Shown here: positions 26,641 to 32,000 of the stretch, piece after piece | How positions within the stretch are numbered: the first letter of the stretch is position 1 | How the letters are laid out: the number at the start of each line of letters is the position of its first letter | NCBI RefSeq assembly: GCF_000341395.1 | Contig: NC_020304.1 | Location: forward strand, 3,150,001 to 3,182,000 | DNA length: 32,000 nt | Direction of reading: 5' to 3' | DNA from: Desulfocapsa sulfexigens DSM 10523 | GTDB lineage: Bacteria; Desulfobacterota; Desulfobulbia; Desulfobulbales; Desulfocapsaceae | The notes under the pieces: model-generated | What the model was told of the DNA's origin: nothing | Database searches by the model: none | Seen by the model: only the letters and a program-made list of their open reading frames with translations | Program-made: the position numbers and the translations under genes

Positions 26641-28929
26641 GTGAAAAACAAAAAGGATAGCGACGATTTGAATCAGGAAGGTATTAACCAGGTTTTAGCG
26701 AGAAGACTTACCGAATCTCAGCGTATTGCACACATTGGTAGTTGGGAGCACAACCTCGAAACCAATGAGACATTCTTTTCCGAGGAATTTTTCCGCTTGT
26801 GTGGCCTCGATTCAGAGAAAGATAGTGCAGATTTTGAGCTTTTTTTTAGCATTCTGCATTCAGAGGACCAACCGCTATTAAAAAAAACCATCGCAGAAAC
26901 ATTACAATCACACAAACCCTTCAATATCGATTATCGAATCATACTCAAGGATGGGAGTATCAGATACATCCGTTCCCTTGGGGAAATCATCCCCGATAGC
27001 GCCGGCAACCTTGTGATTTTGTCTGGAACAAGCCAGGACATAACCGACCGCAAGAAAGCTGAAGAAACGATGAAAAGAACGGAAAGCCTCTATCGAAGCT
27101 TCATAGATTCAATGAAAGACGTGGCATTTCTAAAGGACGATAAGCTTCGGTATTTGATTGCTAACAGGGCAACCTGTGATTTTCTGGGCCTACCCGTGGA
27201 GGAGGTGTTGGGGAAAACAGATTTTGATTTAATGCACGAAGATGCAGCAAACGCGTGCAGAAAAACGGATATAAAGGCTCTCACTTCCTCGAATGGTATT
27301 TTCGTAGATGAAGAATCATTTGGTGACACTATTTTTGAGACTCGAAAATTTCAAATTAGGTTGGCGGACAATGTCTTTGGTGTTGGTGCTTATATCACAG
27401 ATGTTACCGCACGCAAGCGGTCTGAGGAGAAGCTGCAGGAGAGCGAGGAGTACACCCGCAATATTCTCGATACCGTTGACGTGGGGCTTATCGTTGTTGA
27501 TCGCGACTACCGCATCATAACCGCCAATAACGCGTATCGTACTCAGATTGGCCAACAATTTGACGACAAGATAATTGGAAAACATTGCTATGAACTATCG
27601 CACCTGTCACGGCGACCATGTTTTGAGGCAGGCGAAGAGTGTGCTGTTCGGGGAGTGTTTGAGGACGGGGTATTACATACAACTGTTCACAAACATATCA
27701 ACAGGGACGGTAAAATACAATATATGGAAACCAAAGCTTTTCCTAACAAAGACAAAGCTGGCAATGTGACTTCAGCAATAGCAGTGATCCATAACATCAC
27801 CGAAAGGCATCTTCTTGAAGCCGAACAACTCAGGACACAGAAACTTGAAGCTATTGGAACACTTGCCGGCGGGATCGCACACGACTTCAACAATCTACTT
27901 CAAGGCGTATTCGGCTATATCTCTATGGCTAAGATAAAGTCGAGTCAACCAGAAGAGGTTATACGGAATCTGGAGCAGGCCGAAAAGGCCTTGTCACTAT
28001 CTGTGAATCTGACTACCCAGCTGCTAACTTTTGCCAAAGGAGGTAATCCTGTAAAAAAGAAGATTTATCTACAACCTGTGATCGAAAACGCTACAAAGTT
28101 TGCTTTGAGCGGGTCTCGATGTGATTACCTGTTGCATCTCGACCCAAACCTTTGGCAGGCAGAAGTAGATGAAGGACAGATAGCTCAAGTAATTCAGAAT
28201 ATCGTCCTTAACGCTAGTGAGGCGATGCCCGAAGGAGGTGTCGTCGATATTTTGTCCGAGAATATTACTCTTTTGCATGAAGGTCGGCATGTTAGGATTA
28301 TCATTAAAGATAGTGGAATCGGGATTCCTGAGGCCTATCGCTCGAAAGTTTTCGATCCCTACTTCACTACGAAGCAAAAAGGGAGTGGTCTTGGCCTTGC
28401 CACCTCATATTCGATTGTGAAAAACCATGGAGGTTCGATTAAGGTAGAAGCTTCACAGAATAATGGTACTTCCTTTATCATCACCCTTCCTGCATGTGAG
28501 TCTGAAATTCTGAAAGAAAAGACAATCGAATCCGCCATCGACATGCAGAAGCAGAACGGTCGTATTCTTTTAATGGATGACGACACCATGATAAGGGATG
28601 TGGCACTGAGTATGATAGAGTTATTGGGACATAACCTTGAATTGGCGAGCCATGGAGAAGAGGCTATTGAAAAATACCAGGTGGCGTTTCTTTCAGAGAA
28701 TCCCTTTGATTTTGTCATCCTCGATCTTACTGTTAAAGGTGGCATGGGGGGGCAAGAGACCATGCTAAAGCTTCAGGAGATTGACCCAAATGTGAGGGCT
28801 GTTGTTTCAAGTGGATATTCCGATGATCCAGTAGTTTCCGGGTTTCCTGATTATGGTTTCCAGGGAATGTTGAATAAACCTTACACTATCAAAGAATTGA
28901 AGGAGTGTCTGAGTGAGATGATAAACTGA
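26641..28929 (+). CDS. Hybrid sensor histidine kinase (multi-PAS, HisKA-type, HATPase_c, C-terminal REC)
   Basis: Three PAS-like segments; GTLAGGIAHDFNNLLQGVFGYISM (H-box); DSGIGIPEAYRSKVFDPYFTTKQKGSGLGLA; REC domain ILLMDDDTMIRDVALSMIELLG...DFVILDLTVKGGMGG. GTG start. Confidence 0.93.
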   Translation: MKNKKDSDDLNQEGINQVLARRLTESQRIAHIGSWEHNLETNETFFSEEFFRLCGLDSEKDSADFELFFSILHSEDQPLLKKTIAETLQSHKPFNIDYRIILKDGSIRYIRSLGEIIPDSAGNLVILSGTSQDITDRKKAEETMKRTESLYRSFIDSMKDVAFLKDDKLRYLIANRATCDFLGLPVEEVLGKTDFDLMHEDAANACRKTDIKALTSSNGIFVDEESFGDTIFETRKFQIRLADNVFGVGAYITDVTARKRSEEKLQESEEYTRNILDTVDVGLIVVDRDYRIITANNAYRTQIGQQFDDKIIGKHCYELSHLSRRPCFEAGEECAVRGVFEDGVLHTTVHKHINRDGKIQYMETKAFPNKDKAGNVTSAIAVIHNITERHLLEAEQLRTQKLEAIGTLAGGIAHDFNNLLQGVFGYISMAKIKSSQPEEVIRNLEQAEKALSLSVNLTTQLLTFAKGGNPVKKKIYLQPVIENATKFALSGSRCDYLLHLDPNLWQAEVDEGQIAQVIQNIVLNASEAMPEGGVVDILSENITLLHEGRHVRIIIKDSGIGIPEAYRSKVFDPYFTTKQKGSGLGLATSYSIVKNHGGSIKVEASQNNGTSFIITLPACESEILKEKTIESAIDMQKQNGRILLMDDDTMIRDVALSMIELLGHNLELASHGEEAIEKYQVAFLSENPFDFVILDLTVKGGMGGQETMLKLQEIDPNVRAVVSSGYSDDPVVSGFPDYGFQGMLNKPYTIKELKECLSEMIN

Positions 28930-29045
28930 GGCAGTTCCTATTTTCCCACTGCAATACTATTTGTGGTTCCAGATGTTAAATGATGCCTAGGGTATTGAAA
29001 TACTAACATACCTTTCGTACAGTTCTTGTAAATCTTTAAAAAGAC

Positions 29046-29741
29046 ATGATAATGGAATACCCTGCTAAATTTCTTAAACGAACAGAAAGGACACCTACTG
29101 CTGTAAGTTACCGCTTCACCAGGCATAAGGGGTTTAGCTTTACAGCCGGTCAATACATGCTTGTAAATTTAGGTGATAAACTGGTTCATCCATTATCACT
29201 AAGCAACTGCCCAGAAGAATCTAACTTCATTGAATTCACCAAGCGAATGACCAGCAGTCCATACTGCAGTCGTCTGGAATCCCTTGAAAAAGGTGAGACT
29301 ATCAACATAAAGGGACCTTTAGGGGATTTTTGCCTCGCTGAGTCACACGAGACTCTTGTCATGGTAGCTGGAGGCATTGGTATCACACCGATCAGGAGTA
29401 TTCTTACAAGTCTTGAGAAAAAAAAAGAAAACACCGGCAAGGTTATCTTACTCTACGGGAATTTGAATAGAGAGGATATAGCTTTCAAGGATGAATTGGA
29501 AACTCTAAAGATTCCCAACTATCATCTGGTTCATGTTTTATCTGACCCAACAGGCATGGAAAACGTTTATCACGGTTTTATAAGCGCAGATATAATTTCA
29601 AAAGAGGTCCCTGACTGCAGTAACGCCCACTATATGGTCTCAGGTCCACCTGTCATGGTTGAGGCGATAAAAAAAGCCTTAGCCTCGATTGATGTCTTAG
29701 GAGACCACATCCGTACCGATATGTTTCTCGGATATAAGTGA
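29046..29741 (+). CDS. FAD/NAD(P)-binding oxidoreductase (ferredoxin-NADP reductase-like)
   Basis: FTAGQYMLVNLGDKLVHPLSLSNCP, LEKGETINIKGPLGDF, MVAGGIGITPIRSIL, YMVSGPPVMVEAI. Confidence 0.87.
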   Translation: MIMEYPAKFLKRTERTPTAVSYRFTRHKGFSFTAGQYMLVNLGDKLVHPLSLSNCPEESNFIEFTKRMTSSPYCSRLESLEKGETINIKGPLGDFCLAESHETLVMVAGGIGITPIRSILTSLEKKKENTGKVILLYGNLNREDIAFKDELETLKIPNYHLVHVLSDPTGMENVYHGFISADIISKEVPDCSNAHYMVSGPPVMVEAIKKALASIDVLGDHIRTDMFLGYK

Positions 29742-29989
29742 TAGGTTACACAATACTTTATTTGCCTACTCTATTAGCTGATCCAAAACAGCGCGATTGT
29801 CCCAAACGCAGTCTTGGTCGAGATTCTTTTTGTTACCGAAAGCTTAGTGCTGCAAATCCTACTTGTCCCTCAATGTTGCCTTTAGGCAAGAATAAACCAA
29901 TCCGGACCAGATTGAATAGTTGCTTCTGCAAATTTCTGACTGCTTTGGCCTGATTGTAGCAAGCGCTATATGACGTGTTTTTCGCATAC

Positions 29990-30212
29990 TTTACGATTCA
30001 ACTCACAAAGGCGTAACTCCAAAGAAGCTGCATTGGAATTAACTTATGTCGTGCCTTTTTTGCTTGAAGATGAGTTAATAGCAAAAGGCGGAAAGTACCA
30101 CAAAGTTTAAAATTGGAACTCTTTGGCAGTTATTGATGGTTTGATTGTAACAGGCTAGAACCCTGGTTCGTCAACTGCTGTTGCCGAAGCTTTGCTCAAA
30201 GCGCTTAATTAG
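29990..30212 (+). pseudogene. Decayed DJ-1/PfpI (type 1 glutamine amidotransferase-like) gene, C-terminal part
   Basis: One frame reads NSKEAALELTYVVPFLLEDELIAKGGKYHKV*NWNSLAVIDGLIVTG*NPGSSTAVAEALLKALN*, the family C-terminus (VVPFLLEDEL...VVVDGLLITGQNPASS pattern) with in-frame stops at 30108-30110 and 30156-30158. The 5' limit is approximate. Confidence 0.72.
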
Positions 30213-30397
30213 TTTCAAGGTCCCTGCCTTCAATATGATGTTATGAATTTTAATGGAACGCTCATGCTGATATAGAGGGAAAAATCAGTACCGAAAAGAG
30301 TGGGACAAAAGAGATGTAATGAAATTCACATTAGTAAAGCTGACGATTTGACTGGTGGCATGCATCTTTTTGAAAAATAAATTTAACAGGAGGAATC

Positions 30398-30649
30398 ATG
30401 GATATAAATAGCTTGATAATATTTCTAGCGATTGGCGCATTAGCCGGGTGGTTTGCTGGCAAAATAATTAAAGGGAGAGGATTTGGAGCCATAGGCAATA
30501 TTATTGTTGGCGTTGTTGGAGCTGTTTTGGGCGGTTATGTGTTCAGCTTTCTGGGTGTAACAGCGGGAGGGTTAATAGGCTCTATAATTACAGCCACCGT
30601 TGGTGCCATCATTTTGTTGTTTGTAATCAGTATAGCTAAGAAGGTCTAA
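30398..30649 (+). CDS. GlsB/YeaQ/YmgE-family (transglycosylase-associated) small membrane protein
   Basis: AGGAGG-type RBS; LIIFLAIGALAGWFAGKIIKGRGFGAIGNIIVGVVGAVLGGYVFSFLG, Gly-rich TM hairpins typical of the family. Confidence 0.92.
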   Translation: MDINSLIIFLAIGALAGWFAGKIIKGRGFGAIGNIIVGVVGAVLGGYVFSFLGVTAGGLIGSIITATVGAIILLFVISIAKKV

Positions 30650-30651
30650 TT

Positions 30652-30745
30652 TATATGGGACGCCATAAACCCATCCCTTGAGGCACATCTGATCAACACG
30701 AAACAACTCCTCCTAAGCCGGTAGGCTGAGGAGGAGTGGCAATCA
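30652..30745. repeat. Dispersed intergenic repeat, copy 2, with strong hairpin 30706-30737
   Basis: TATATGGGACGCCATAAACCCATCCCT...ATCAACACGAAACAACTCCTCCTAAGCCGGTAGGCTGAGGAGGAGTGGCAATCA. Arms ACTCCTCCTAAGCC/GGCTGAGGAGGAGT pair 13/14. Lies between two convergent genes. Confidence 0.78.
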
Positions 30746-30755
30746 AAAAAGACTT

Positions 30756-32000
30756 TTATGGTGCCAAACTCTGCAATTTCACGCGACCAACACCTTTTCT
30801 TTCAACTATCACAGTTGCCAGTTCCCCGGCAGGAAGTCTCAGGTATGCGGCTGTCTTATACATATTAGGGTTGTCGATGTGCGATTTTTCATTACCGATT
30901 CTGACAATGACATCGTTGAGTTGAAAGCCGAGCTTATTTTTTGCTGCCCCTTCTTGATCGAGCCAACTGATCAGACAGAGAGGCTTTCCTTCCTGTTCTT
31001 CTGCCAATATATAACGGCTGCATCTGAAGCCCCACTGATATTTCTTTGTATTGTGAAAAGGGTAGCCGTTTTTGTCATAAATATATCCACCGAAGACAAA
31101 TTCATATGGAATATTGTATAATTCCCTGTCATTTTGACTAAAGTGCCACTCCATTTTGGTGTTAAATCGGAGAACCTTAGACATGGTTAAAATATCTAGC
31201 CGCCACTTCCTCTGTTCCTTTATAAAATAATAAGGACTACAGGAACGCTGTTCCAGGGGGTGGATGATGAGTGCCCGTGTCCCGTCATCGGAGTAGACCA
31301 CTTTTCCGTCATTGCATTGTGAGATAAATCGGTATTCATTATCCATATTAATATCTGTGACAGTCCGTTTCTGGAAGAATTTTCGCGTCGCCTCTGAAAA
31401 GATATCGAGATTTGGATTTTTGTTATGGGTCCTGAGACCCATCAGGTGCTTGGCAAGGATATCTTCAGGGGTGTCATCTTCTTCTACAGTAATATTATCT
31501 CCCTGTTTGGCCGTCCTATCCATCTGGCCAATGAGCGCATCGCTTCTTGACCCTCCACCCAGACTTTTAGTTTCCATTGGTTCAAGGTACTCTTTGCCCT
31601 GCTCTGCCTCCATGGCCCGGTCTTTGATGAGTTCCATCAGCATATACACCCCGTCGGAAATGTTCGAGTCACGAAAGTAAGGGACCATACCCTTACGTTC
31701 AATGTAGGAGATAAAGGCATCGGTGTAGATGGGCTCGAGAGCCATTGACACGCCCATTCGCACCTCATCGAGTTGAGAGTTGATCACAAGGAGCAGGGCT
31801 CTGCCGCTTGTTGAGCGACTCTCATACTGGAAGTCTTCGTAAGCCTCGTTGGTAAAGGAGGTGATATCCTGCTCGCTCCTGGTTGTCATCACTCGGAAAT
31901 CGATATCAAAGGTTTTGAGCAGGTAGCTGTTATATTCCCGATAGTGATCCATGACATCCGGAGAAAAATTTATTATTCCTGCATTGTCAACAATGAGAGT
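30756..32000 (-). CDS. TPM-domain (YgcG-like) protein with C-terminal PDZ-like region; 5' end outside the window
   Basis: The frame stays open upstream of the track's Met to the right edge (TLIVDNAGIINFSPDVMDHYREYNSYLLKTFDIDFRVMTTRS = TPM start). RALLLVINSQLDEVRMGVSMALEPIYTDAFISYI; C-terminus GAAKNKLGFQLNDVIVRIGNEK... is PDZ-like. Confidence 0.75.
   Translation of the reverse strand, partial: TLIVDNAGIINFSPDVMDHYREYNSYLLKTFDIDFRVMTTRSEQDITSFTNEAYEDFQYESRSTSGRALLLVINSQLDEVRMGVSMALEPIYTDAFISYIERKGMVPYFRDSNISDGVYMLMELIKDRAMEAEQGKEYLEPMETKSLGGGSRSDALIGQMDRTAKQGDNITVEEDDTPEDILAKHLMGLRTHNKNPNLDIFSEATRKFFQKRTVTDINMDNEYRFISQCNDGKVVYSDDGTRALIIHPLEQRSCSPYYFIKEQRKWRLDILTMSKVLRFNTKMEWHFSQNDRELYNIPYEFVFGGYIYDKNGYPFHNTKKYQWGFRCSRYILAEEQEGKPLCLISWLDQEGAAKNKLGFQLNDVIVRIGNEKSHIDNPNMYKTAAYLRLPAGELATVIVERKGVGRVKLQSLAP

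Noticed and set aside
29738-29953. 71-aa ORF after the oxidoreductase gene.
   Set aside because: Overlaps the oxidoreductase stop, has odd composition and no recognisable family; lies in degraded intergenic sequence.
30108-30158. In-frame TAA/TAG in the DJ-1-like reading frame as recoding (e.g. pyrrolysine).
   Set aside because: TAA is not a known recoded codon here, both stops replace likely Gln codons, and the upstream part of the gene is also degraded; pseudogene is simpler.
1-32000. CRISPR arrays, tRNA or rRNA genes, complete IS elements or a prophage module.
   Set aside because: I saw no regularly spaced direct repeats, no cloverleaf with a TTCGANTC-type T-loop, no rRNA signature, and no transposase or integrase ORF in the six-frame track.

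Overview
This 32-kb window looks like a chromosomal segment of a Gram-negative, probably Desulfobulbaceae-like, bacterium; the taxon is inferred only from protein flavour. Most of it is housekeeping. Left part (1-13.2 kb): a PAS/HisKA_3-type histidine kinase cut by the left edge, tsaE, a degenerate EAL-HDOD protein, a YcaO-TPR protein, waaF, gmhB, an S66 LD-carboxypeptidase, coaX, cutA, a small Cys-rich protein, a substrate-binding/permease/ATPase ABC transporter, and an HD-GYP protein. Middle (13.4-18.3 kb): an accessory, partly decayed stretch with a frameshifted PEP-CTERM gene, what looks like a truncated group II intron fragment without RT, an AF1514-like small protein, a secreted orphan, a TAXI substrate-binding protein and thiD. 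Right part (18.4-32 kb): parE-parC, then a divergent pair made of a DisA_N/DacZ-like diadenylate cyclase candidate (minus strand) and a DHH/DHHA1 phosphoesterase (plus strand). These are followed by an SH3-domain membrane protein, a multi-PAS hybrid histidine kinase, a flavin/NAD(P) oxidoreductase, a decayed DJ-1/PfpI gene, a GlsB/YeaQ-like membrane protein and a TPM+PDZ-like protein cut by the right edge. The best candidate system is the putative c-di-AMP synthesis/turnover pair at 22.4-24.8 kb and the structured intergenic DNA around it. Secondary items are the intron/PEP-CTERM relic region and a two-copy hairpin-bearing intergenic repeat (26086-26207 and 30652-30745). I saw no CRISPR array, tRNA or rRNA.
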